From positions 1 through 34,439 of the IMG/VR virus record IMGVR_UViG_3300036783_000034: a stretch of 34,439 bases of DNA. One strand, given 5' to 3'. Positions 7,773 to 16,504 of the stretch are shown here, piece after piece; the stretch's first letter is position 1, and each line of letters begins with the position of its first letter. The stretch is from a virus. Lineage: Duplodnaviria; Caudoviricetes. A program made the translations under genes and the position numbers. The notes below the pieces were generated by a model, which worked only from the letters and a program-made list of their open reading frames with translations, was not told where the DNA came from and did not search any database.

Positions 7773-8444
7773 TGACCAAAATACACGCCCTATAACGTGA
7801 ATTCTTGCTCTTCGTTCATCAAAGTTGAGTACTTCATCCGGGTACTCTTCTTTATTGAAACTTCTAAGGATGAGCCCGCCATCTGGCTGGTTGATCAAAA
7901 CCTTAACTCTTAAAAGAACGCCATCTCTAATTGCATAAAGATCACCATCCCTAATTGGTCTGGATTGGGACATATCTACAGCAACGTAATCTCCATTGTT
8001 AAGAACAGGGAGTAGGCTATTACCCCAAATTTGAACAATTCTTGCATTAGAAGGGCTAACACCTGCTTTTCTCAGGTCAAATCTTCTTAGTGGGAAAGAA
8101 TCAACAACGTTTTCAACAATCTCTGCTTCACAGCCATTGCCAGCCGAAAGTTCAATGTCTAAAACTGGAATATCCGCAAAAACAGCCGGATCCAGTCTTG
8201 CCTCCTCAGCTTCTTCTATCACGTAGTCGGATAACTTTCCGTTCTCTTCCACGCCCAGCAATAACCATTTCTGGGAAACATTCAAAGCCTTAGCAATCTC
8301 TTTAATCTTCCTTGGCTGAAGAGTATCCCCATTCTCAATTTTCGCTACTGACTGCTGAGACAGCCCAACGTTTTCAGCAAGCTGGGCCTGGCTCAATCCC
8401 AGCTTTTCGCGCGCCGATTTTAATCTTTCCGCAAGTGTATTCAC
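7758..8444 (-). CDS. cI: CI repressor (XRE HTH plus S24 autopeptidase)
   Basis: GTG start with a GGGGAG SD; HTH LSQAQLAENVGLSQQSVAKIE; SAG cleavage site; GNSL and VK catalytic motifs. Confidence 0.92.
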   Translation of the reverse strand: MNTLAERLKSAREKLGLSQAQLAENVGLSQQSVAKIENGDTLQPRKIKEIAKALNVSQKWLLLGVEENGKLSDYVIEEAEEARLDPAVFADIPVLDIELSAGNGCEAEIVENVVDSFPLRRFDLRKAGVSPSNARIVQIWGNSLLPVLNNGDYVAVDMSQSRPIRDGDLYAIRDGVLLRVKVLINQPDGGLILRSFNKEEYPDEVLNFDERRARIHVIGRVFWSSRSW

Positions 8445-8472
8445 AACTTTCTCCCCTATATAAGGCGAGATT

Positions 8473-8537
8473 ACAACTTTATGTTTTAGCTTTCCAACAC
8501 CTAAAAGTTGTGATAAAAGTTGTGAAGGTTGTATAAT
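8473..8537 (+). promoter_or_regulatory. OR operators and PR promoter
   Basis: ACAACTTTATGTTTT at 8473-8487 and ACACCTAAAAGTTGT at 8497-8511; TTGTGA (8508), 18-nt spacer, TATAAT (8532). Confidence 0.65.
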
Positions 8538-8583
8538 GTGTTCAGTTAACAACTTTACCACCCATGAATGACAGGAGAAGACC

Positions 8584-8826
8584 ATGACACCAGTGCAGGA
8601 GGCCTTAACAGAGGCGATTAATTCTGCAGGTAGCCAATCTGAACTTGCCCGCCGACTAAGCGAGATTTCTGGTCGAACAGTTAAGCAGCAGCAAGTTTGG
8701 AACTGGCTACATCGTGAGAAGAGACCACCAGTAAAACAATCGCAGTTTATTGAGCGTGTTACAGGAGTTACCAAAGAACGGCTTAGACCTGATGTTTTCC
8801 ATGAGTCTACAAATTCAGCAGCGTGA
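8584..8826 (+). CDS. cro: Cro-like repressor (YdaS/Cro HTH)
   Basis: AGSQSELARRL...QQQVWNWL...LRPDVF; divergent from cI. Confidence 0.85.
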   Translation: MTPVQEALTEAINSAGSQSELARRLSEISGRTVKQQQVWNWLHREKRPPVKQSQFIERVTGVTKERLRPDVFHESTNSAA

Positions 8827-8851
8827 AAGTAACTACAAAAGGAAAAACAAC

Positions 8852-9322
8852 ATGGTAGAGCCAAGCTTGAAAGAAGTAGTGAAAGCGATGTGCAAAGCAT
8901 ATCCGGGTGGCCGTGAAGCTATGGCCGGTGCTCTTGGCATGTCAGTCACGCAGTTCAACAACAACCTGTACGAGAAGAACGGCTGTCGCTTCTTCGAAGT
9001 GAACGAACTGGAGGCGATGGAAGACATTTCAAACACGTCTCTCCTGGCTGATTACTTCGCGCAACGCCGCGGTGCTTTGCTGGTGGACGTGCCACAGCTG
9101 GAAGACCTCGATCGCGTAGACCTGTTTACTCGCGCAATGAGAACGGCAGCTGCCCGCGGTCAGGTTGACCAGATTATCCAGAAGGCCCTGGAAGATGGAG
9201 TGATTGAACCACATGAAGCTGAAGAGATTCACGAGCATCACCGCCGTCACCTGGCAGCGCGTGAAGAAGAAATCCGCGCGATTGTTGCGCTTTTTAGCCG
9301 TAGCAGAAACCAAAAGAAGTGA
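8852..9322 (+). CDS. YmfL-family (CII-like) regulator
   Basis: KAMCKAYPGGREAMAGALGMS...FNNNLYEKNGCRFF; located after cro. Confidence 0.75.
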   Translation: MVEPSLKEVVKAMCKAYPGGREAMAGALGMSVTQFNNNLYEKNGCRFFEVNELEAMEDISNTSLLADYFAQRRGALLVDVPQLEDLDRVDLFTRAMRTAAARGQVDQIIQKALEDGVIEPHEAEEIHEHHRRHLAAREEEIRAIVALFSRSRNQKK

Positions 9323-9383
9323 CGCCCGCGAGTGTGCAGCTCCGGGCGTCGTGGCGTGTCGTATTCAGTGGAGAAACTAACGC

Positions 9384-9722
9384 ATGAACAGTTTAAACCG
9401 ATTGAGACCAGCGAAGCAATTCAGATGCCTTCCACTGGTGGGAAAAGATTCCCCGTTCGGCTATGTGGAAAGATTAAACGACCAGGCTGAGGTGAACAAC
9501 TACCAGCCTGAGAACGCGATGGTAGAGGCGTTTGCTCGGATGAACGAGAAGGGGCGAGAAGAATGGCTGAAGTTAACAGGCGATTCAAAGACCACAGAGG
9601 GGTCCCGGTCCACGTCATTCGATGGGAGCCCGAGAGTCGACGCGTTATATACCTTCGCGAAGGGTACGATCATGAGTGCTTCAGCCCTCTTGAGCAATTC
9701 CAGCGTAAATTTACAGAGTTAA
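9384..9722 (+). CDS. YmfM-like protein
   Basis: 112 aa following the YmfL-like gene; MNSL start and MSASALLSNSSVN end resemble e14 YmfM as I recall it; GGAGA SD. Confidence 0.45.
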   Translation: MNSLNRLRPAKQFRCLPLVGKDSPFGYVERLNDQAEVNNYQPENAMVEAFARMNEKGREEWLKLTGDSKTTEGSRSTSFDGSPRVDALYTFAKGTIMSASALLSNSSVNLQS

Positions 9723-9769
9723 AGGACGACCATGAGCCTGTTAATGCCATCAAGGCCGATAGTGATTAA
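9563..9769 (+). CDS. DUF4222-like small protein
   Basis: RFKDHRGVPVHVIRW...RVIYLREGYDHECFSPLEQFQRKF. Confidence 0.65.
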   Translation: MAEVNRRFKDHRGVPVHVIRWEPESRRVIYLREGYDHECFSPLEQFQRKFTELKDDHEPVNAIKADSD

Positions 9770-10658
9770 CCCTGACCTTGCATACAGCATTGGCCTCAAT
9801 GAGGCGATTGCTCTGCAGCAGGTTAATTACTGGCTGAAAGAAACCACCTCCGGCCTGGAGCGTGATGGTGCGCGCTGGATTTACAACACCAACGAGCAGT
9901 GGTTGGAGCAATTCCCGTTCTGGTCTGAATCCACCCTGAAGCGCACCTTCACTCGCCTGAAGAACCTCGGCTTGCTGAAAGTTGAGCAACTGAACAAGTC
10001 TCAACGCGACATGACGAACTACTACACGATTAACTACGAAAGCGAGCTTTTAGATGAGGTCAAAGTGACTGAATCGAAGAGTTCAAAATGCGCTCCTCCA
10101 TCAGGTCAAAATGAACTGATGGAAGGGGTCAAAGTGAAACGCTCCATCGGGTCAAAACGAACCGCTCTCATCAGGTCAAATTGCACTGATGTTCTTACAG
10201 AGAATACAACAGAGAGTACTACAGATATTAAAAACACTTCCTGTCCGGTTGCGGCGCAACCAGACCGTGATGTGTTGATAACCGATCAGGCCAAACAGGT
10301 TTTGATTCACCTGAACCTGGTGACCAGTTCGCGTTATCAGGTTTCAACAACCTCGCTGCAAAACATTCGTGCCCGAATCGGGGAAGGTTACACCGTTGAC
10401 GAATTATCGCTGGTGGTTGACTACTGCAACGCCAAGTGGAGCGAAGACCTGACGATGGCAGCCTACCTTCGACCACAAACACTTTTCCAGCCTACCAAAT
10501 TCCCTGGCTATCTGAAGTCTGCGAACAGCTGGGCGAATGCCGGAAGACCAGCACGAGTTAACGGAAAGTGGGAGCGTGAGGACGGAATCTTTAAATCCAG
10601 CTTCAACAACACCGACTACAGCAAAATCCCTGACGGTTTCAGAGGAGCGAGCTCATGA
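9732..10658 (+). CDS. Phage replication initiator (O-like; conserved phage C-terminal domain)
   Basis: N-terminal wHTH (IGLNEAIALQQVNYWL); C-terminal YLRPQTLFQPTKFPGYL. Confidence 0.8.
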   Translation: MSLLMPSRPIVINPDLAYSIGLNEAIALQQVNYWLKETTSGLERDGARWIYNTNEQWLEQFPFWSESTLKRTFTRLKNLGLLKVEQLNKSQRDMTNYYTINYESELLDEVKVTESKSSKCAPPSGQNELMEGVKVKRSIGSKRTALIRSNCTDVLTENTTESTTDIKNTSCPVAAQPDRDVLITDQAKQVLIHLNLVTSSRYQVSTTSLQNIRARIGEGYTVDELSLVVDYCNAKWSEDLTMAAYLRPQTLFQPTKFPGYLKSANSWANAGRPARVNGKWEREDGIFKSSFNNTDYSKIPDGFRGASS

Positions 10659-11149
10659 GTTTTCTGAAAACAATTCAGCTGTTCGTGGCTAATAACCCAG
10701 GTCTGACGAACAAGGAAATCGCCGCAGCGCTGCCGGACTATGAGTTACACAGTGTGCAGCGTGCAGTATGCCGACTGGCAATGTTGGGGCGAGCTGAACG
10801 CCGTGGCGAACGTCCAACCTTCCGCTACTTCGCCAAAGCTCCAATAGGTCCGATTGGGCCGATTGTCCCGCGCTACCCGGTCGAAAAAGCTGAAGTGATG
10901 CCTGAGCAAAAACAGGAAAGCGCACCAAACCCGGCTGTTGTTGCGATGATGGAGAAGGCCAAGGAATTATCTGACAAGGGTCTGTTCCTGCGGGCCGCTA
11001 CGGTTCTGATGGATGCCTTCAACCGCTCAAAGAATGAAGAGATGCGGGAAAAAATTCTGGATGAACGCCAGCGCTGCCTGAGCATGGTTCAGAGAGCCAA
11101 GTCATCTGGTGATGGATGGTGTCTGGCTGGCAGAGCGAGGAACGTCTGA
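10655..11149 (+). CDS. PerC-family transcriptional regulator
   Basis: N-terminal wHTH; C-terminal AKELSDKGLFLRAA...ERQRCL. Confidence 0.7.
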   Translation: MSFLKTIQLFVANNPGLTNKEIAAALPDYELHSVQRAVCRLAMLGRAERRGERPTFRYFAKAPIGPIGPIVPRYPVEKAEVMPEQKQESAPNPAVVAMMEKAKELSDKGLFLRAATVLMDAFNRSKNEEMREKILDERQRCLSMVQRAKSSGDGWCLAGRARNV

Positions 11150-11808
11150 TGAAGTACTCACTGATTTATGCCGATCCTGCCTGGCACTATGACAACAAAG
11201 CCAGCAATGGTGCAGCAGAAGACCACTACGACACGACGAAGCTTATCGACATGAAGCGCCTCCCTGTTTGGGACCTTGCTGCTGATGATGCTGTTCTTGC
11301 TATGTGGTTCACCGGCACGCACACCCGGGAAGCTATTGAACTCGCTGAAGCATGGGGCTTTAAGGTCCGCACGATGAAGGGCTTCACCTGGGTTAAGTTC
11401 AACCCACTGGCAGAGCAGCACATCAACAAAGCACTTCAGGCTGGTGGAGTCGAGGACTTTTACGACTTCCTCGACCTGCTGAACACGCAGACCCGCATGA
11501 ACGGCGGGAACTATACCCGAGCCAATACCGAAGACATGCTGATCGCCACCAGGGGGAATGGACTTGAACGCCAGTGTGCCAGCATCAAGCAGGTTATCTA
11601 TAGCCCACTCGGTGAACACAGCCAGAAACCAGCAGAGGCCCGTTTCCGGCTGGAAAAACTTTACGGTGATGTTCCGCGCATCGAATTGTTCAGCCGTTGC
11701 GGTACGTCAGGCTGGGACCATTGGGGAAATCAATCTGAATCACCGGCTGTTGAGCTTATTCCGGCAGTAGCCGTTCCAATGGCAAAACCTCAGGAGCGCG
11801 CTGCATGA
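11149..11808 (+). CDS. MT-A70 family adenine methyltransferase
   Basis: YADPAW, WGF..FTWVK, HSQKP, RIELFSR and GWDHWGN motifs. Confidence 0.85.
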   Translation: MKYSLIYADPAWHYDNKASNGAAEDHYDTTKLIDMKRLPVWDLAADDAVLAMWFTGTHTREAIELAEAWGFKVRTMKGFTWVKFNPLAEQHINKALQAGGVEDFYDFLDLLNTQTRMNGGNYTRANTEDMLIATRGNGLERQCASIKQVIYSPLGEHSQKPAEARFRLEKLYGDVPRIELFSRCGTSGWDHWGNQSESPAVELIPAVAVPMAKPQERAA

Positions 11809-12032
11809 AAAAACTATCAACCGAGCAGCAGAACGCTGTTCGTGACGTTGCCCGTCAATGCTCAGATGCCATTAAGAAAGCCCTTAAGAAAAAGCCTAAG
11901 CCAAGCTGCAACGAGGCTGTACCTCCGATCCTGAAGGAGTACCACGAGAAGGTTAAACCGATGGGCGTAAGCCTGGTGATGTTCAACAGCGTAATCGGAC
12001 GCCTGAACGGGCGATATGGAGTGGAATCGTGA
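11805..12032 (+). CDS. Hypothetical basic protein
   Basis: ATGA-coupled ORF in the operon. Confidence 0.6.
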   Translation: MKKLSTEQQNAVRDVARQCSDAIKKALKKKPKPSCNEAVPPILKEYHEKVKPMGVSLVMFNSVIGRLNGRYGVES

Positions 12033-12259
12033 CCAAATACGCAAAATTAGATAGCAGAATTTTAAGCGCACTTGGTGATAAACCCATCGCGTTTTCAGAG
12101 TTATTTTCCCAATCAGTCGAGCAGGAATGCCTGGTCATTGCCGAAGCAGAGGGAAAGCATCCGATGAATGTTTTCCGCATACTGGACCGTCGACTTCAGG
12201 CATTGAAAAAGATAGGTGCAATTCAGCATGTGACCGGAAAAGGGTGGGTACAGTCATGA
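12029..12259 (+). CDS. Hypothetical wHTH-like protein
   Basis: GTGA-coupled; RILDRRLQALKKIGAI...KGW. Confidence 0.6.
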   Translation: MTKYAKLDSRILSALGDKPIAFSELFSQSVEQECLVIAEAEGKHPMNVFRILDRRLQALKKIGAIQHVTGKGWVQS

Positions 12260-12729
12260 TCGAATTAACGTCGCGTCAGAGTGAAGTGTATGAAGCTATC
12301 AAGGTTCACATTGAGAAGGTTGGCTTTCCACCAACAATGATTGAACTCGCTGGACTCATCGGTTGCTCATCCCAGAACGCCGCCGCCGAGCACGTGAAAG
12401 CGCTAAAGAAAAAGGGCTACATCACTACTGCCCGGGGTGTTGCACGTGGAATATCTCTCACTCAGAAGAAAAGTCAGTTGGTTAAGTTAGAGTTGAATCA
12501 GTTAGTCAAAATTAAACTCAAGCCAGCAGCAGTATCACACCTAAAAAAGCTTCACGACCAACTCAAAGCAGACTGTCCACGTCTCACTCTTGAATTCAAA
12601 ACTCCTGCAGTTGATGAGGATGGTTACTCTACTATGCCGCTTTGGGCTGTAATGATGGACTTTGGAAGCCTTTGCTTCCCTGGCGCGGAATTTCCTTTTG
12701 AGTTGGCTATCGATCTGGAGACCAAATGA
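12256..12729 (+). CDS. LexA-type DNA-binding domain fused to an unrelated C-terminal domain
   Basis: LTSRQSEVYEAI...GFPPTMIELA...SQNAAAEHVKALKKKGYI...ARGI; no peptidase motifs seen. Confidence 0.75.
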   Translation: MIELTSRQSEVYEAIKVHIEKVGFPPTMIELAGLIGCSSQNAAAEHVKALKKKGYITTARGVARGISLTQKKSQLVKLELNQLVKIKLKPAAVSHLKKLHDQLKADCPRLTLEFKTPAVDEDGYSTMPLWAVMMDFGSLCFPGAEFPFELAIDLETK

Positions 12730-13115
12730 AGCTGGTGCTCCCGTTCCCGCCGAGCGTAAACACCTACTGGCGAGCCCCGAACAAGGGGCCGTTGAAAGGT
12801 CGTCATCTTATCAGCGCCAAAGGCAGGGCATATCAAAGCGCGGCATGTGTGGCCATAGTTGAGCAGTTGCGGTTCCTTCCAAAACCTTCAGCTGCACCGG
12901 CTGCAGTCGAGATTATGCTGTACCCACCTGACGAACGCCGCCGCGATATAGACAACTACAACAAGGCTCTGTTTGACGCTCTCACTCACGCAGGTATCTG
13001 GGAGGATGACAGCCAGGTGCAGAGAATGCTGGTGGAGTGGGGGCCGAAAGTGCCAGGTGGAAGAGTAGAGATATCGATCAAGAAACATGAACCTCTGGCG
13101 GGTGCAGCCGCCTGA
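12726..13115 (+). CDS. rusA: RusA Holliday junction resolvase
   Basis: LPFPPSVNTYWR, RRRDIDNYNKALFDAL and WEDDSQV motifs. Confidence 0.9.
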   Translation: MKLVLPFPPSVNTYWRAPNKGPLKGRHLISAKGRAYQSAACVAIVEQLRFLPKPSAAPAAVEIMLYPPDERRRDIDNYNKALFDALTHAGIWEDDSQVQRMLVEWGPKVPGGRVEISIKKHEPLAGAAA

Positions 13116-13130
13116 TAAGTGGAGAAGAGC

Positions 13131-13856
13131 ATGAATCAGATGAATATCACCGTAATGTGTCCTACCCATCACAGCGCCGCGATGGGGCAGCAAATAACGA
13201 TGTCCAGTCGTGAAATTGCAATACTGGTCGATTCTCGGCACAGCAACGTCTGCGTGACAATCGAGCGACTGATGAACTCGGGCGTAATTGGGGGGTATGC
13301 TGCAATGCAGTACACCCATCCACAGAACCAGCAGGTTTACCATTACTACGAAGTTAACAAGCGCGATAGCTATGTAATCGTCGCGCAGCTTTGCCCGGAG
13401 TTTACCGCCCGACTTGTTGACCGCTGGCAGGAACTGGAAAGCGGGGGAGGGATGGCAGTCCCTCAAACTCTTCCTGAAGCACTCCGCCTTGCCGCTGACC
13501 TTGCAGAGCAGAGGCAACGCCTGAGTGAAGAACTGGCAATTGCCGCACCTAAGGCTGAATTTGTCGATCGCTACGTCAAAGCCACAGGCTCAATGACTTT
13601 CCGGCAGGTTGCCAAGCTTCTGAACGCTAAAGAACCCGATTTCGCGATGTTCCTCATTGAGAGCGGCATCATGTACCGGTTAAACCGTGTGCTTACACCA
13701 AAGAGCAAACACATCGAAGCTGGGCGCTTTGAAGTGAAGACCGGCACTACCAACCAGACCAACTACGCATTCAATCAGTCTCGCTTCACCGCCAAGGGCG
13801 TACGCTGGATTGGTGGACTGTGGGCAGAGCATATCGCTAAGGGGCAAATTGAGTGA
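13131..13856 (+). CDS. Antirepressor (Rha-like N-terminus plus KilAC/ANT C-terminus)
   Basis: TMSSREIA, PQTLPEALRLAADL, APKAEFVD and FTAKGVRWI motifs. Confidence 0.85.
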   Translation: MNQMNITVMCPTHHSAAMGQQITMSSREIAILVDSRHSNVCVTIERLMNSGVIGGYAAMQYTHPQNQQVYHYYEVNKRDSYVIVAQLCPEFTARLVDRWQELESGGGMAVPQTLPEALRLAADLAEQRQRLSEELAIAAPKAEFVDRYVKATGSMTFRQVAKLLNAKEPDFAMFLIESGIMYRLNRVLTPKSKHIEAGRFEVKTGTTNQTNYAFNQSRFTAKGVRWIGGLWAEHIAKGQIE

Positions 13857-14842
13857 GAGCCATACTTACACCTGAAGTTGCTCCGATGTCCGGTGTGGTG
13901 CTGTTTCGTCCCGGAAACGAACTGCTCTGGTTATTCCGCCAGGGCAGGGTGGTGATTGAAAGGCCATCAGAAGCAATCCAGCATCTTCCATCTGGGCTGA
14001 TTCCTGAAGCGCACCAGCCGCTGACAGATGATGACTGTATGCAGGCTATTTTTGAGAATGAGCGTGTTATCCAACGCGCTGGTGGCCTGAGTGGACTTGA
14101 TGCCTGGCTGGAAAGAAAATTCGAATGTCAGTGGCCTCATACAGACTGGCACGCAAGAGACTTTACCGTGATGCGGCATTCACCCGGCAGCATTCGTCTT
14201 TGCTGGTCTTGTGATAACCAATTACGTGAACAAACTACTGAAAGACTGGCAGGAATTGCCATGCAGAACCTGGTAAAATGGTTACTCGGAAGGGTGAATA
14301 TTATGCTGGGATTCAGCGAAGACCACACCCTGACGCTTCCGGAGTTCTGCTGGTGGATGGTACGCAACGAACTGGCTGACCTTATTCCTGAATCAGTGGC
14401 GAGCAAAGCCCTAAGGATAAAGCCTGAATCGCATAGTTCCGTAATGAGGGAAAGCGACATTGTTCCGTCGTTACCGGCAACTGAAATCCTCCAGGAGAAG
14501 GTGAAGAAGGTTGTCTCCGTTAAGGTAGACCCTGAGTCACCGGAATCTTTCATGCTTAGGCCAAAGCGCCGACGCTGGGAGAACGAGAAGTACACCCGCT
14601 GGGTGAAGTCGCAGCAGTGCAGTTGCTGCAATAACCCGGCAGACGACCCCCACCACCTGATAGGCCACGGGCAGGGTGGAATGGGAACCAAAGCGCATGA
14701 CCTGTTTGTGATACCGCTGTGCAGAGCGCATCACGACGAGTTGCACGCTGATCCTGTGGCATTTGAAGCGAAGCACGGCGACCAGTTAACGCTGTTGTTT
14801 CGGTTTTTAGATCGTGCGCTGGCAATCGGCGTACTGGCGTAA
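13853..14842 (+). CDS. DUF968 family protein (C-terminal HNH-like Zn finger)
   Basis: MRAILTP start; KYTRWVKSQQC...DDPHHLIGHG...PLCRAHHDELH. Confidence 0.85.
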   Translation: MRAILTPEVAPMSGVVLFRPGNELLWLFRQGRVVIERPSEAIQHLPSGLIPEAHQPLTDDDCMQAIFENERVIQRAGGLSGLDAWLERKFECQWPHTDWHARDFTVMRHSPGSIRLCWSCDNQLREQTTERLAGIAMQNLVKWLLGRVNIMLGFSEDHTLTLPEFCWWMVRNELADLIPESVASKALRIKPESHSSVMRESDIVPSLPATEILQEKVKKVVSVKVDPESPESFMLRPKRRRWENEKYTRWVKSQQCSCCNNPADDPHHLIGHGQGGMGTKAHDLFVIPLCRAHHDELHADPVAFEAKHGDQLTLLFRFLDRALAIGVLA

Positions 14843-14854
14843 GTGGAGACGCTC

Positions 14855-15685
14855 ATGGACCTCGATAACGTTGTTAAATTCTTTGCCCCAAAAGGAATGC
14901 ATATTTCCGATAGTGTTCGCGCTACTGCCAGCGAACAACTGACGGTTACGGATGTTATGGCTGCGCTGGGTATGACTCAGGCAGACGCAGGTATTGGCCT
15001 TGCCATGTATCTTGGTAAAGCCGGAGTCAGCAAGCAGGACAGAGAGGCTTCAATAAACTGGCTTGCTGAATATGCCAAGCAATCCGCGCCTTTTGCTGTA
15101 CGCCGTCTCGCAGGAAAGAAATTCCCCCTCTGTATGCTCATCATGGCCAAGTTCGCCTATAACGACTATGCATCGTCAGCTGCTGATTTATCTGATTGTC
15201 CAAAATGCAACGGGGAAGGTCTCCTTGAAAAAGTCGGTACGGTCACCAAAAGCCATTACACAATGAGAATTCCACAGTGGGCAAAAGACCTAGGACAGTC
15301 GCCATCATCTTTCGAAAAGAAACGGGTGGTGAAGAGCGTTGAGCAATCACTCTGCACAAAATGCAACGGTACCGGGAAAATAAGTAAGCGCTGCCAGTGT
15401 GGAGGAACAGGGAAGACACTGGACCGCAAAGCAACTGAGCTGCAAGGCGTGCCTGTTTATAAAGTATGCAAGCGCTGCGAAGGGCGAGGCTACAGCAGAC
15501 CAAAATCATCTGTTGCTTACCGGGGAATATTCTCTGAACTTCCTAGCCTGCCTGATCGCACTTGGCGCTACAGTTGGAAGCCATTCTACGAAATGCTTGT
15601 TTCTCGTTGCTTTCAGGAGGAGAGCTATTCCAACACACAACTGAAAAAAGTAACAAGAGATGATAACTTTACCGATATCCCGTAA
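14855..15685 (+). CDS. Q: Late antitermination protein Q (Zn-finger type)
   Basis: KFFAPKG, LTVTDVMAALG, repeated CxxCxGxG motifs, WKPFYE; precedes PR'. Confidence 0.85.
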   Translation: MDLDNVVKFFAPKGMHISDSVRATASEQLTVTDVMAALGMTQADAGIGLAMYLGKAGVSKQDREASINWLAEYAKQSAPFAVRRLAGKKFPLCMLIMAKFAYNDYASSAADLSDCPKCNGEGLLEKVGTVTKSHYTMRIPQWAKDLGQSPSSFEKKRVVKSVEQSLCTKCNGTGKISKRCQCGGTGKTLDRKATELQGVPVYKVCKRCEGRGYSRPKSSVAYRGIFSELPSLPDRTWRYSWKPFYEMLVSRCFQEESYSNTQLKKVTRDDNFTDIP

Positions 15686-15701
15686 TTTAACGTCACGATA
15701 C

Positions 15702-15730
15702 TTGCAATGTTGCCGTTTTTGATGTAATTT
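15702..15730 (+). promoter_or_regulatory. PR' late promoter
   Basis: TTGCAA, 17-nt spacer, TAATTT just after Q. Confidence 0.7.
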
Positions 15731-15774
15731 GACACTAACGATGGGCTTTGTATGTCCAAAGTTAGAAAAACATA

Positions 15775-15800
15775 AACCTCGCCTATGCGGGGTTTTTTAT
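15775..15800 (+). terminator. tR'-like terminator
   Basis: AACCTCGC-CTAT-GCGGGGTT followed by a T run. Confidence 0.75.
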
Positions 15801-15845
15801 TGGATAATCCACGAGAAATTTTTCGCGTTGTTAAAGGATCACAAC

Positions 15846-16415
15846 ATGAAAGCATATGTCTACTTGGAGTCCAGTGAATTTGTAAACACATGGGTTAATG
15901 GTGGAAAACTACCAATAGCTTCTATAAATAAATATCTATGTGATGAGCAAAATAGAGGCGGCAACCTCACACCAGATGAGGGACTAATTGATAATTCATC
16001 TATTCCACAGCACGCTATTGGTATTAAAGCTGAGAACTCAAATATTAGCATTATTAATTGTTGGTCAGAAAGTCTGGGGTATATAAGAAAAGGGACAATT
16101 GAAAGATATAGTGAATCAGGAATTGTTCTATGCGCTTCAAAATCTCTCAAAAGGAAAATAGCGTCGAAATTCAAAAGAGATTATTGCGTTAAAATTCATG
16201 ACATAAATAAATTACAGAGAGAATTGAACAGGCAGCTGAATGCAATTGGTGCTTTGGGTGTGTGTGAATACACAAAGGGACATAAAAGAAATTCCTTTTT
16301 GAAATCGTGGAAAGACTCATGGCAAGAAGAGGTTAGAATTTTTTGGAAGGACCTTCTTCCAACCGATGTTCAACTCCCCCCAGGATTAGCAGTAGAAGTA
16401 AAGATACCAGACTAA
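15846..16415 (+). CDS. AT-rich moron protein, possibly DUF2971-like
   Basis: LCAS...YCVKI...CEY...FLK..SWQEEVR pattern; visibly AT-rich; flanked by terminators. Confidence 0.6.
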   Translation: MKAYVYLESSEFVNTWVNGGKLPIASINKYLCDEQNRGGNLTPDEGLIDNSSIPQHAIGIKAENSNISIINCWSESLGYIRKGTIERYSESGIVLCASKSLKRKIASKFKRDYCVKIHDINKLQRELNRQLNAIGALGVCEYTKGHKRNSFLKSWKDSWQEEVRIFWKDLLPTDVQLPPGLAVEVKIPD

Positions 16416-16432
16416 AATAATCATCAATTTAC

Positions 16433-16459
16433 AAGGCTGCCCATGGGTGGCCTTTTTTG
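16433..16459 (+). terminator. Terminator after moron
   Basis: AAGGCTGCCC-AT-GGGTGGCCTT followed by a T run. Confidence 0.7.
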
Positions 16460-16504
16460 TTTCCCCTCGTTCTGAGAGGACTCACGGCAATAAGAGGGGG
16501 CTAA

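Noticed and set aside
8445-8900. N-terminal extension of the 380-aa cI ORF
   Set aside because: It runs through OR and antisense to cro; GTG 8444 has an SD and directly precedes the HTH
14611-14629. GCAGCA-GTGCAGT-TGCTGC as another GUGCAG hairpin
   Set aside because: It lies inside DUF968 codons for QQCSCC with no downstream RBS and is explained by coding constraint
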